A stretch of DNA of 32,000 nt from Faecalibaculum rodentium. GTDB lineage: Bacteria; Bacillota_I; Bacilli_A; Erysipelotrichales; Erysipelotrichaceae. Below the pieces are notes generated by a model. That model saw only the letters and a list, made by a program, of their open reading frames with translations. It searched no databases and was not told where the DNA came from. Both the position numbers and the translations under genes were made by a program. Position 1 is the stretch's first letter. Every line of letters begins with the position of its first letter. Positions 1-7,357 of the stretch are shown in pieces. The DNA lies in assembly GCF_001564455.1 (NCBI RefSeq), contig NZ_CP011391.1:1590001-1622000 (forward strand). Reading direction: 5' to 3'.

Positions 1-337
1 CCAGCATGGCGCTGAGTTCCAGCATCTTGTCACGTTGACAAACGATGGCCACCGCATACAGGCCAATGGTGAGGACCAGTGTCGATCCCAGAATGAACAG
101 GTATTTTTCCTGCACATACTGTCGCCGGGTGAAGGGCAGCGTGAAGAGAAACCGGCTGTTTTCAGCCCGCAGGTTCCATTCCAGGGTCCTCAGCAGGAGC
201 ATCTGGAAAATCACCGAGAGAAACAGCACCATGGTTCCGTCTGTGACCAGGTACAGGATAGTCAGGGCTGTCAGGATCATCAGCAGTTTTTTCTGGCCCT
301 TGAGCCAAGTCAGGTCATACAAAGCAAGTCCCTTCAT
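1..337 (-). CDS. ABC-2 type transporter permease, partial (3' end lies beyond window start)
   Basis: Absent from the ORF track because it runs off the window. Manual translation from ATG 337..335 (2 nt after the ATPase stop at 342..340) gives MKGLALYDLTWLKGQKKLLMILTALTILYLVTDGTMVLFLSVIFQMLLLR... This is a typical N-terminus and hydrophobic profile for the ABC-2 permeases that follow YtrA-type GntR/ATPase pairs. The frame is open to position 1. Confidence 0.6.
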   Translation of the reverse strand, partial: MKGLALYDLTWLKGQKKLLMILTALTILYLVTDGTMVLFLSVIFQMLLLRTLEWNLRAENSRFLFTLPFTRRQYVQEKYLFILGSTLVLTIGLYAVAIVCQRDKMLELSAML

Positions 338-339
338 GA

Positions 340-1281
340 TCAGCGGGTCTCCTTTCCCTTTCGCGTGATCTCTGTTTCCGGATTCCGGTCAATCACCGCA
401 TCGGCACCTTCAAACAGCAGCAGTGCCTCATCCACACCACCGCGCTCCACCAGCACATGCGGGTAGTTGTCCAGATAAAACTGCCGGTCGCTCACCAGGG
501 CTTCTATGGACCCGTCAGGGTTTGTCTTTCGGCAAACCACACCTTTCAGATCCACGGATCTGGCCAGACTGGCAGGCACCTTCACATACCCATATTCGTC
601 CCGGAGCACATCCATGTCCTCTGCCAGCAGGATGCGGCCTCTGGAAATCAGCCGGAAGGAGTCGCAGAGGTTCTCAAGATCCGAAGCAATGTGCGAGCTG
701 ATCAGGATGCTGCGGCCGGGTGTCTCCATGTATTCCCGCAGCAGGTCCAGGATCTGGTTGCGCGCCACAACATCCAGTCCCGCGGTGGGTTCATCCAGCA
801 GCAGGATCCTCGGGTGGTGGCTGATGGCGGCAATCACGCGCAGGCGGGCTTTCATGCCGGTGGAAAATGTCTCCAGGGCCTTGTCTGGCGGAATGGAGAA
901 CCGCTTCACCAGGGCATCGAAATATTCAGGATCAAAGCCGTTGTAAAAAGCCGCCAGGATCCTTTTGACATCCCGGGGTGTAAACACCGCCGGAAATCCG
1001 GTATCCGCCAGAACCACCCCAATCTGTTCCTTTACGGACACTGGCAGAGTGTCCGCAGCCTGTCCGAGCATCCGGCAGCTTCCGTCATCGGCTTTGGCCA
1101 GCCCAGTCAGCAGCCGGAAAAGCGTGGTCTTTCCCGATCCGTTAAGACCCACGAGTCCCACAATGGTGTTTTCAGGCACCGTCAGCGTGACATCAAGCGC
1201 AAAATCCGGATAGTGTTTACACACGGCAGCGCATTCGATCAGTGGTCTGCCACTGTCTTCAGTTCTCGGTGATTCCATCAT
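340..1281 (-). CDS. ABC transporter ATP-binding protein
   Basis: 313-aa ORF with Walker A GLNGSGKTT, an ABC-signature-like FSTGMKARL, and Walker B ILLLDEPTAGLD. Its start overlaps the GntR stop (ATGATG/TGA at 1278..1281). Confidence 0.93.
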   Translation of the reverse strand: MMESPRTEDSGRPLIECAAVCKHYPDFALDVTLTVPENTIVGLVGLNGSGKTTLFRLLTGLAKADDGSCRMLGQAADTLPVSVKEQIGVVLADTGFPAVFTPRDVKRILAAFYNGFDPEYFDALVKRFSIPPDKALETFSTGMKARLRVIAAISHHPRILLLDEPTAGLDVVARNQILDLLREYMETPGRSILISSHIASDLENLCDSFRLISRGRILLAEDMDVLRDEYGYVKVPASLARSVDLKGVVCRKTNPDGSIEALVSDRQFYLDNYPHVLVERGGVDEALLLFEGADAVIDRNPETEITRKGKETR

Positions 1282-1655
1282 CTGTATTCCTCCATGAGCA
1301 TCCGGACCAGGTCCAGGATCTCCTCCTCTGTCATTTTCATGGCCCTCGCCTTTGCCAGTGCCTGCAGAAACTGGGATTCCAGCTGCTTCTGCAGTTCTTC
1401 CTGGACGGTATTGGCAGAGATCTCCGCCACATAGGTGCCCTTCCCATGGACCGTATGGACGAATCCTTCTTCCTCCAGCAAGTCGTAGGCTTTTTTCACG
1501 GTCAGCGCCGACACCCGGTATTCCCGGGCAAATCCCCGCACGGAAGGCAGCGGATCCTGTGCCTGGAGGGTTCCTTCCCGGATCTGCAGCCGGATCTGGC
1601 CCGCAATCTGTTCGTAGATTGGTTCCATGGAAGTGTGTGATATCTGGATTTCCAT
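1278..1655 (-). CDS. GntR family (YtrA-like) transcriptional regulator
   Basis: Start trimmed to ATG 1655, which is preceded by GAGAGGAGG. The N-terminal winged HTH reads PIYEQIAGQIRLQIREGTLQAQDPLPSVRGFAREYRVSALTVKKAYDLLEEEGFVHTVHGKGTYV, followed by a short C-terminal helix region typical of the YtrA subfamily. Confidence 0.9.
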   Translation of the reverse strand: MEIQISHTSMEPIYEQIAGQIRLQIREGTLQAQDPLPSVRGFAREYRVSALTVKKAYDLLEEEGFVHTVHGKGTYVAEISANTVQEELQKQLESQFLQALAKARAMKMTEEEILDLVRMLMEEYR

Positions 1656-1703
1656 GGGACGCCTCCTCTCTGCCGGTCCATTGAGGGCCAGTTTCTTCGC
1701 GAA

Positions 1704-1759
1704 AACAGTATACAACAGCTAGGCACAGTGTGTAAACACCATATAACAGTAAAATACAG
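1704..1759 (-). promoter_or_regulatory. Candidate promoter and operator repeats of the GntR-ABC operon
   Basis: On the minus strand: TTTACA (1736..1731), an 18-nt spacer, then TATACT (1712..1707). Two 15-mers match at 12/15: plus-strand AACAGTATACAACAG (1704..1718) and AACAGTAAAATACAG (1745..1759). They start 41 nt apart; one overlaps the -10 and the other lies upstream of the -35. Confidence 0.3.
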
Positions 1760-1813
1760 ACAGGGGTGCCGATGGTGGCTTCGACTGCCGGCTGTATAGG
1801 TTTCCGGGAACAG

Positions 1814-1852
1814 AAAAGGCAGCCCTTCCTGGTGTGAACCGGCTGCCTTTTT
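1814..1852. terminator. Bidirectional Rho-independent terminator-like hairpin
   Basis: AAAA-GGCAGCC (1818..1824), a 16-nt loop, then GGCTGCC (1841..1847)-TTTTT. It lies directly after the stop (1855..1857) of the 87-aa gene. Confidence 0.6.
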
Positions 1853-1854
1853 CG

Positions 1855-2118
1855 TCACGTTTCCTGTATATAGAGCTGTGTGCTGCGTGGAAATTCCCGG
1901 GCAAAGGCTTCCTTCAGCGCTTTCTTTGCGGAGGCAGTTACGAGGGTGGTCTGGCTGTTCACAAAACCGGATTCCGTCAAAACCCACTCGCCACCTGTCT
2001 GCTCCAGTTTCACCCAGCGGTCTTTCTTGAAGGTCCACAACGTGATGGATACCAGATCCGCCCGCCGCAGGGCCGCCAGCCACTTCACCTGCGCCTGTCG
2101 CAGAGGGATCCGTTTCAT
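1855..2118 (-). CDS. Hypothetical protein (87 aa), second gene of a coupled pair
   Basis: ORF MKRIPLRQAQVKWLAALRRADLVSITLWTFKKDRWVKLEQTGGEWVL... Its ATG overlaps the upstream gene's stop (ATGA at 2115..2118), and a terminator follows immediately. I recognise no family. Confidence 0.6.
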   Translation of the reverse strand: MKRIPLRQAQVKWLAALRRADLVSITLWTFKKDRWVKLEQTGGEWVLTESGFVNSQTTLVTASAKKALKEAFAREFPRSTQLYIQET

Positions 2119-2453
2119 GCGCCGGCCCCCTTCAGGAACGACTCCAGTTCCTGGGTGAAAGCTTTCTTGAGGAGGGTCCTTGTCAGGTATATTACACAGA
2201 TCCGGGTTCCTTCCCTGGTGAATGCGACCCGGACACTGCCGGCGGAGGGATCATTGACACGGCATTCCAGGATCGGCAGCCCCTTCCATTTCTGTCTCGA
2301 GGCGTACTTGGTCTTGAAGAAGTCGTGGTCTGCCTGTCGGGTGATGGTGTCCGTCACTGACAACTCCAGCGTATCGTGTTTCTGCAGGAGCTTTCGGCAG
2401 CCGCGTTTTTCGAAGGTGAAGTGCAGACCGCTGGCCTGATTGTTTGCATCCAT
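2115..2453 (-). CDS. Hypothetical protein (112 aa), first gene of a coupled pair
   Basis: Start trimmed to ATG 2453 (MDANNQASGLHFTFEKRG...), because GGAAAGGAGA sits 7 nt upstream. The longer ORF start at 2486 has no RBS. I recognise no family. Confidence 0.6.
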   Translation of the reverse strand: MDANNQASGLHFTFEKRGCRKLLQKHDTLELSVTDTITRQADHDFFKTKYASRQKWKGLPILECRVNDPSAGSVRVAFTREGTRICVIYLTRTLLKKAFTQELESFLKGAGA

Positions 2454-2571
2454 GACATTGTCTCCTTTCCGGGTCACCGCCATCATCGTGGCATCTGCAT
2501 GTTGCGGGATTCAACCGGAATGCCTGTCTTCGGATTGGCGTGCAGATGCCGTACAGTCTTCTGGGCCATCG

Positions 2572-2605
2572 AAAAAAACTCCCCGGAGCAATCGCTGCAG
2601 GAAGT
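2572..2605 (-). terminator. Rho-independent terminator of the small membrane ORF
   Basis: Minus-strand ACTTCCTGCAGC-GATT-GCTCCGGGGAGT forms a roughly 12-position stem with one mismatch and some G-U pairs, followed by TTTTTTT. Confidence 0.65.
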
Positions 2606-2627
2606 TCACTGTCATGATTCAGCTGTG

Positions 2628-2804
2628 TCAGACTGCAGCTGCCAGTCCGGTGATGGCCCACCAGATCAGGGCCACAATGACCAGGAACAGAACCACGGAC
2701 AGAATGATCCGGGCGCTTCCTTTCGCAAACCGCCAGATAGCGGGAAGGCCTCCAATCAGGAGCAGGGCTCCAATCACAATGATCAATATTTGCTGCCAGT
2801 TCAT
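2628..2804 (-). CDS. Small hydrophobic membrane protein (58 aa), not in ORF track
   Basis: Manual translation gives MNWQQILIIVIGALLLIGGLPAIWRFAKGSARIILSVVLFLVIVALIWWAITGLAAAV*. A CCCAGGAGG RBS lies 7 nt upstream of the ATG at 2804, and there are two predicted TM helices. It has its own terminator (2572..2605) and a TATAAT box (2913..2908). Confidence 0.55.
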   Translation of the reverse strand: MNWQQILIIVIGALLLIGGLPAIWRFAKGSARIILSVVLFLVIVALIWWAITGLAAAV

Positions 2805-2968
2805 AAGTATACCTCCTGGGAACGGTCAAGGGTTCCGGGTACGTATGCCGGCCGCAGAAATCCTGCCAGGCACAGTCCGAATCCAATGATTCCTGAACTC
2901 TATCTGAATTATATATCAAAACACTCGGTTTTCTTTCCCAGGTGCTTCTCTGGCGTCTCCGGCAGCTC

Positions 2969-3823
2969 TCAGTCTCCTGTGCGGTCAGGACCGATATTGC
3001 CGCTGCCCAGGGATTCCCGATTCTCCAAAGGCAGCCAGGTCCGGATCACATTCTCAATGGCGCGGTCCCAGAAGTCCCATTCATGCGCACCCGGCCCGGG
3101 TTTCCAGACGACATCATATCCCAGATCCTGCAGCGTTTTCGCAAATGCCTCATTTACAGAATACAGCTCATCGTCAACGCCGCAGCTGAGGTAGAATACC
3201 GGCAGGGGCTGCCCGCTGTCTGCGAGCCTCTTTGCCTGGACCACCGGATTCTTGTCACTCTCCTTCAGGTTTTTCACATCCCCGAAGATCGTGGACAGAA
3301 ACGTCCTGCCAAAGGGATAGCAGTCCGGGGTTTCCGGAATATCCTCCATTGTCTCCAGCGTGGTGGGAAAATGCAGGGCGCTGGACAGGCCAATGATCCG
3401 GGAAAACAGATGGGGATACCGCAGTCCGTTGGTGATGGCTCCATAACCGCCCATGGACAGGCCGCCAACGAAGGTGTCTTTCCTGTCATGAGAGAGTCGG
3501 AACATGTCCCGGGTCACATAAACCAGTTCTTCGATGAACGCTGCATAGTCTTCGCCGTTTGCCTTGTTGTAAGTGTAAAACCGGTTGTCGCCGCTTGGCA
3601 TGATGACAGCCAGGCCGTAGTCCGTGGCCCAGCGCAGGATCCGGGTCCCTGTGATCCAGTCGGTATAGTTGCCGAAAATGCCATGGAGCAGGTAGAGGGT
3701 TTTGAACGGTGTGTTTTCTTGCCGCTTCCCGTCAAATCCTGTCTTGTCACAGGGAAGGATGGCGTAAAACGGAACCGTACGCATGAGAGTCTGAGAAAAG
3801 AAGTTCACTTCAGCCAGTGCCAT
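2969..3823 (-). CDS. Alpha/beta-hydrolase esterase (esterase D / tributyrin-esterase-like family)
   Basis: Start trimmed to ATG 3823 (MALAEVNFFSQ...), preceded by AGGAGG. Family motifs include YLLHG, the nucleophile elbow GLSMGGYGA, and a C-terminal GAHEWDFW. Confidence 0.9.
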   Translation of the reverse strand: MALAEVNFFSQTLMRTVPFYAILPCDKTGFDGKRQENTPFKTLYLLHGIFGNYTDWITGTRILRWATDYGLAVIMPSGDNRFYTYNKANGEDYAAFIEELVYVTRDMFRLSHDRKDTFVGGLSMGGYGAITNGLRYPHLFSRIIGLSSALHFPTTLETMEDIPETPDCYPFGRTFLSTIFGDVKNLKESDKNPVVQAKRLADSGQPLPVFYLSCGVDDELYSVNEAFAKTLQDLGYDVVWKPGPGAHEWDFWDRAIENVIRTWLPLENRESLGSGNIGPDRTGD

Positions 3824-3851
3824 GGATCTGTCCTCCTGTATGTTCAGAAAA

Positions 3852-3880
3852 ATTGTCTGTGGCGGATGCAGGAATGTCAA
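3852..3880 (-). promoter_or_regulatory. Candidate sigma-70-type promoter for the esterase gene
   Basis: Minus strand: TTGACA (3880..3875), a 17-nt spacer, then GACAAT (3857..3852). Confidence 0.35.
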
Positions 3881-3962
3881 ACACAGCCGAGGTGTAGTGA
3901 TGGCTTTCCGAAGCAGCATGTACTTTGCCAGCCCCCTGCAGGCATCGGTGTTCAGAAATTTC

Positions 3963-3991
3963 TTGCGTCATCTTTCCTGGTTTGGTAAGAT
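3963..3991 (+). promoter_or_regulatory. Candidate promoter for tRNA-Leu
   Basis: TTGCGT (3963..3968), a 17-nt spacer, then TAAGAT (3986..3991), about 30 nt upstream of the tRNA 5' end. Confidence 0.4.
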
Positions 3992-4024
3992 AAACAGGCA
4001 GTCAGCAACTGCAGCAAACAACAT

Positions 4025-4109
4025 GGGGTCGTGGTGGAATTGGCAGACACGCTATCTTCAGGCGGTAGTGAGGCAACTCGTGTGCGTTCGAGTCGCATCG
4101 ACCCCACCA
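4025..4109 (+). tRNA. tRNA-Leu (anticodon CAG), class II with long variable arm, CCA encoded
   Basis: Hand-folded. Acceptor GGGGTCG/CGACCCC; 3-bp D stem GTG/CAC with a GG loop; anticodon stem CTATC/GGTAG with loop TT-CAG-GC; variable arm GAG-GCAA-CTC; T stem GTGCG/CGCAT with loop TTCGAGT; discriminator A followed by CCA. Confidence 0.95.
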
Positions 4110-4120
4110 TCTTGAAACTT

Positions 4121-4151
4121 ACCCGGCGGGATTTCCTGCCGGGTTTTCATT
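4121..4151 (+). terminator. Rho-independent terminator after tRNA-Leu
   Basis: ACCCGGCGGG-ATTT-CCTGCCGGGT forms a 10-bp stem with one G-U pair, followed by TTTCATTTTC. Confidence 0.7.
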
Positions 4152-4226
4152 TTCATGATATAGCCTGCAATCAGAATCGTTATTTGCTCCTGAAACTGAC
4201 TTTAGATGTTAGCAGAAGGAGAAAAT

Positions 4227-4828
4227 ATGCTCAAAACCTATGAAATGCTGAAACAGGATCTGACTGCGTATAAAGCACTTGATATGAAAATAAAGAGAAT
4301 GGCAGACCGTCGTGAAGTCATCAAGCTGAAAAAGAATCTGTATAAGACCGGTCCGACAGTTTCCGGTTATCTGGAAGCGGCAGCGATCTGTACACCGTCA
4401 TATTTGTCTTTTGATTATGCCCTTTCCTGCCATGGACTCATACCGGAGAGGGCAAAAATCTATACGAGTGCAACATGCCGGAAAAGAAAGAAAAAAACCT
4501 TCAGGAACTGGTTCGGTACATATTTTATCAGGATGTCCCGCTGTCTGTTTTTCCATACGAAATTGAAATATGCTACGAAAATGAAAGACCTTGTTTGATG
4601 GCTACGCCCGAAAAAGCTGTATGCGACAAGCTCTGCACCGTCAAGCCCATACGCTCCAGAAAGCATCTGCAGCAGCTGCTTTTTGACGACTGAAGAATAG
4701 ATGAAGACGCATTCAGCAAACCGGACTTTTCTGTGCTCAGGGAATTGTGTCCTCTATATAAATCGACAACTTTGACCATGCTGTTAAAACTGACCGGTAC
4801 CTGGCAATCCGATGATTCATCACTCTGA
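4227..4828 (+). pseudogene. AbiEi-family (type IV TA antitoxin-like) gene disrupted by a frameshift and an in-frame TGA
   Basis: ATG 4227 follows an AAGGAG RBS. Frame 0 reads ...PSYLSFDYALSCHGLIPERAKIYTSATCRKRKKKTFRNWFGTY. Homology then continues in another frame (FYQDVPLSVFPYEIEICYENERPCLMATPEKAVCDKL...), switching at the T4 run 4523..4526; restoring one T joins the frames. An in-frame TGA at 4691..4693 interrupts ...LLFDD*RIDEDAFSKPDFSVLRELCPLYKSTTLTMLLKL, which ends at 4828. The repaired length is about 200 aa, as expected for this family. Confidence 0.7.
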
Positions 4829-4870
4829 GCTGTCTGAACGTTCCTGGACCGGTTTTCTTCGCATTCACAC

Positions 4871-4930
4871 AAAAGCGTCTCATCCCATACCGCTGTATTC
4901 ACACCGGTCATGCAGGATGAGACGCTTTTT
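4871..4930. terminator. Long bidirectional terminator-like hairpin between convergent AbiEi remnant and helicase
   Basis: Perfect 15-nt arms AAAAGCGTCTCATCC (4871..4885) and GGATGAGACGCTTTT (4915..4929), with A/T tracts on both sides. The 29-nt loop contains an inner ACCG/CGGT stem. Confidence 0.6.
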
Positions 4931-4975
4931 CCTGTTCTTTATTGCCTCGGTTTCGTATTGGGCAGTCCATGTCCT

Positions 4976-7357
4976 TCAAAGTCCCGGCAGTTCTCTGATC
5001 CCTTCCTGCCCCTGTCTGCCATCATCGGCATCCTGAACGGCTTTCCAGCTCAGGACGCGCTTCTTCATGCCCTCCACATCCAGGACCCCGTGGGCGAAGC
5101 CCTTGCGGACAAGTTCCTCCGGCACGAATTCATCGTATTTCTCGAACACCGGCACTTCCCCGGGATACACCAGATCCAGCGGATCGAATTCCTTCGCGGC
5201 TTCCTCCAGCACGATACGATAGAACTCTGCTTCACTCACCTTCATGGTGAAGGTGATGTAATACGGCCTGGTGGGGCTCAGACCCCGAAGCTGCAGACGC
5301 TCGCCGCACTTGAGTTTCAAAAACCGCTCCATGGCCAGGAAGGCATAGGAGCCCAGCCAGGGAAACAGCACCCACATGTTGCCCCCGAGGTGCACAAGGG
5401 GTTTTGTCAGCATGCCGGAATTCCGGAAGTTCTCCCGGGCCTGGCCAAGCCTGGCCACCGCATGCTTCATGAGATAGGGATAGGACCTCTCCTCTCCCAT
5501 CACCTTGTACATCCTTTCCAGGATCCGCGTGTGGATGTCCCCGGCGCAGTCCCCAAAGTATGCAGGGATGTGTCCCTTGACCCGCCGGCAGTAGACTTCG
5601 TGCTTCTTGTGATCCACTTCCTCCACCAGCCAGACCCGGCCGGCAATGGCAATCTTGTCCCCCACCGGAGGCGGTTTGCAGATGGTGCCCAGTTCTTCGC
5701 TCTCCGCCCTCACGGCATATTCCACGTTTTCCTGGAACACCGCAAAGAACTTGTAGCTGTTCACGATGCGCTCTCCTGTCAGCCCCACGATCAGGCCCCC
5801 GGTTTCCGTCCTGGCAATGTGGTCGATTTCGAGCAGGTGCAGCAGCAGCATCCGGAAATCCTCCTGGGAGATGCGATGAAAGGGCGAGAGGGTCAGGACC
5901 CGGGTGGCGAGTTCCGCCGGGGTCATTTCCCCGCAGGAGGCCAGGGTACTCATGGTCTGGTGATAGAGCAGGCTGAAGGGCAGCCGGTCCATCCGGGGTT
6001 CTTCCACAAACCGCTCCTCGATGTACAGCTGCACCAGGGCGATGCCCTGAATGAGATACCAGGGCAGGATCTCCGGCAGCATGGCCCTTGCCTCTGCGTG
6101 TTCTTCCCGCATCACAAACCACATCTCCGAAGGGTCGCCCCGCCGGCCTGTGCGCCCCATGCGCTGCAGGAAGCCGGACACCGTAAATGGCGCATCGATC
6201 TGGAAGGCCCGCTCCAGCCGCCCGATGTCGATCCCCAGCTCCAGGGTCGCCGTGGCACACACCGACTGCAGGGAGTCGTCATCCTTCATTTCCTCCTCCG
6301 CGCTCTGGCGGTAGGAAGCCGAGAGATTGCCGTGGTGGATCAGAAACCGCTCCGGTTCATGGCGGATTTCGCAATACTGGCGCAGAAACTGGCACACCGA
6401 CTCGCATTCTTCCCGGGAGTTGGTGAACACCAGGCACTTCTTGCCCCGTGTGTGCTCAAAGATGTATCCCAGTCCCGGATCGGCGGCCTTCGGCGCCTGG
6501 TCCGTGGGCCCGTCAAGCTCCTCCATGGGCGGCTGATCCTGTGTCAGGGAGCCGATGCCGGCCTTCAATGCACGCCGTTGCCTCTCCCACTGTGGCTGCT
6601 CCTGACCGGACTGCCACTGCAGGACGGGATGACCCGCACCCGCATCCGCCTGGGCACCGGTATTGTAAAAGTGCTCCATGGAGATCCGCCACACTTCCTT
6701 CGGGGCTTCAAACTTCGGGATCACACAACCCCGGCCGCTGCCCGCAGAAAGAAACTGACCCGCTTCCTCCGGGCTGCCGATCGTCGCCGACAACCCAATG
6801 CGCCGGGGACTGCAGCCGGCGGTCCGGGACATCCGCTCGATGAGGCTGAAAGTCTGCAGTCCCCTGTCTCCGCGAAGCAGGAAGTGAATCTCGTCGATCA
6901 CGATGAAACGCAGGTCGTGAAACAGCGACGGGATCTCCATGTGTTTGGTGATCATGAGGGACTCCAGGGACTCCGGCGTGATCTGCAGGATCCCGGCGGG
7001 TTTCTTCAGGAGCCGCTTTTTCTGGCTCTGGGGCACATCCCCATGCCAGCGTGTGACCCGGATTCCCGCTTCCTCGCACAGGTCGCTCAGGCGCCCGAAC
7101 TGGTCGTTGATCAGGGCCTTCAGCGGCGCTATGTACAGGACTCCCACGCTCTGGGGCGGATCTTCGTCCATGAGTGTCAGGATCGGGAAAAACGCGGCTT
7201 CGGTTTTTCCGGATGCCGTGGAAGCCGTGAGCAGGACGTTGTCCTCTGTGTTGAAAATCGCATCTGCCGCTGCATTCTGGACCCCGCGCAATGTCTGCCA
7301 CCCGGAGGTGTAGATGTAATCCTGAATGAACGGCGCATAGCGTGCGAAGGCGTTCAC
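4976..7357 (-). CDS. DExH-box helicase, Lhr/BrxHI-like (Shango SngC-like)
   Basis: 793-aa ORF with motif I ASTASGKTEAA, motif II VIDEIH, SAT (GLSATIG) and motif VI QRMGRTGRR. The C-terminal region is about 380 aa. The GTG start overlaps the upstream stop (GTGA, 7354..7357). Confidence 0.92.
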   Translation of the reverse strand: MNAFARYAPFIQDYIYTSGWQTLRGVQNAAADAIFNTEDNVLLTASTASGKTEAAFFPILTLMDEDPPQSVGVLYIAPLKALINDQFGRLSDLCEEAGIRVTRWHGDVPQSQKKRLLKKPAGILQITPESLESLMITKHMEIPSLFHDLRFIVIDEIHFLLRGDRGLQTFSLIERMSRTAGCSPRRIGLSATIGSPEEAGQFLSAGSGRGCVIPKFEAPKEVWRISMEHFYNTGAQADAGAGHPVLQWQSGQEQPQWERQRRALKAGIGSLTQDQPPMEELDGPTDQAPKAADPGLGYIFEHTRGKKCLVFTNSREECESVCQFLRQYCEIRHEPERFLIHHGNLSASYRQSAEEEMKDDDSLQSVCATATLELGIDIGRLERAFQIDAPFTVSGFLQRMGRTGRRGDPSEMWFVMREEHAEARAMLPEILPWYLIQGIALVQLYIEERFVEEPRMDRLPFSLLYHQTMSTLASCGEMTPAELATRVLTLSPFHRISQEDFRMLLLHLLEIDHIARTETGGLIVGLTGERIVNSYKFFAVFQENVEYAVRAESEELGTICKPPPVGDKIAIAGRVWLVEEVDHKKHEVYCRRVKGHIPAYFGDCAGDIHTRILERMYKVMGEERSYPYLMKHAVARLGQARENFRNSGMLTKPLVHLGGNMWVLFPWLGSYAFLAMERFLKLKCGERLQLRGLSPTRPYYITFTMKVSEAEFYRIVLEEAAKEFDPLDLVYPGEVPVFEKYDEFVPEELVRKGFAHGVLDVEGMKKRVLSWKAVQDADDGRQGQEGIRELPGL

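Noticed and set aside
2251-3194. ORFs 2251..2919 (minus, 222 aa) and 2376..3194 (plus, 272 aa) spanning the region between the hypothetical pair and the esterase.
   Set aside because: They cross a strong terminator, intergenic promoters and the RBS-supported 58-aa ORF. They lack RBSs and have arbitrary R/P/H-rich composition. The shorter signal-supported genes explain the region better.
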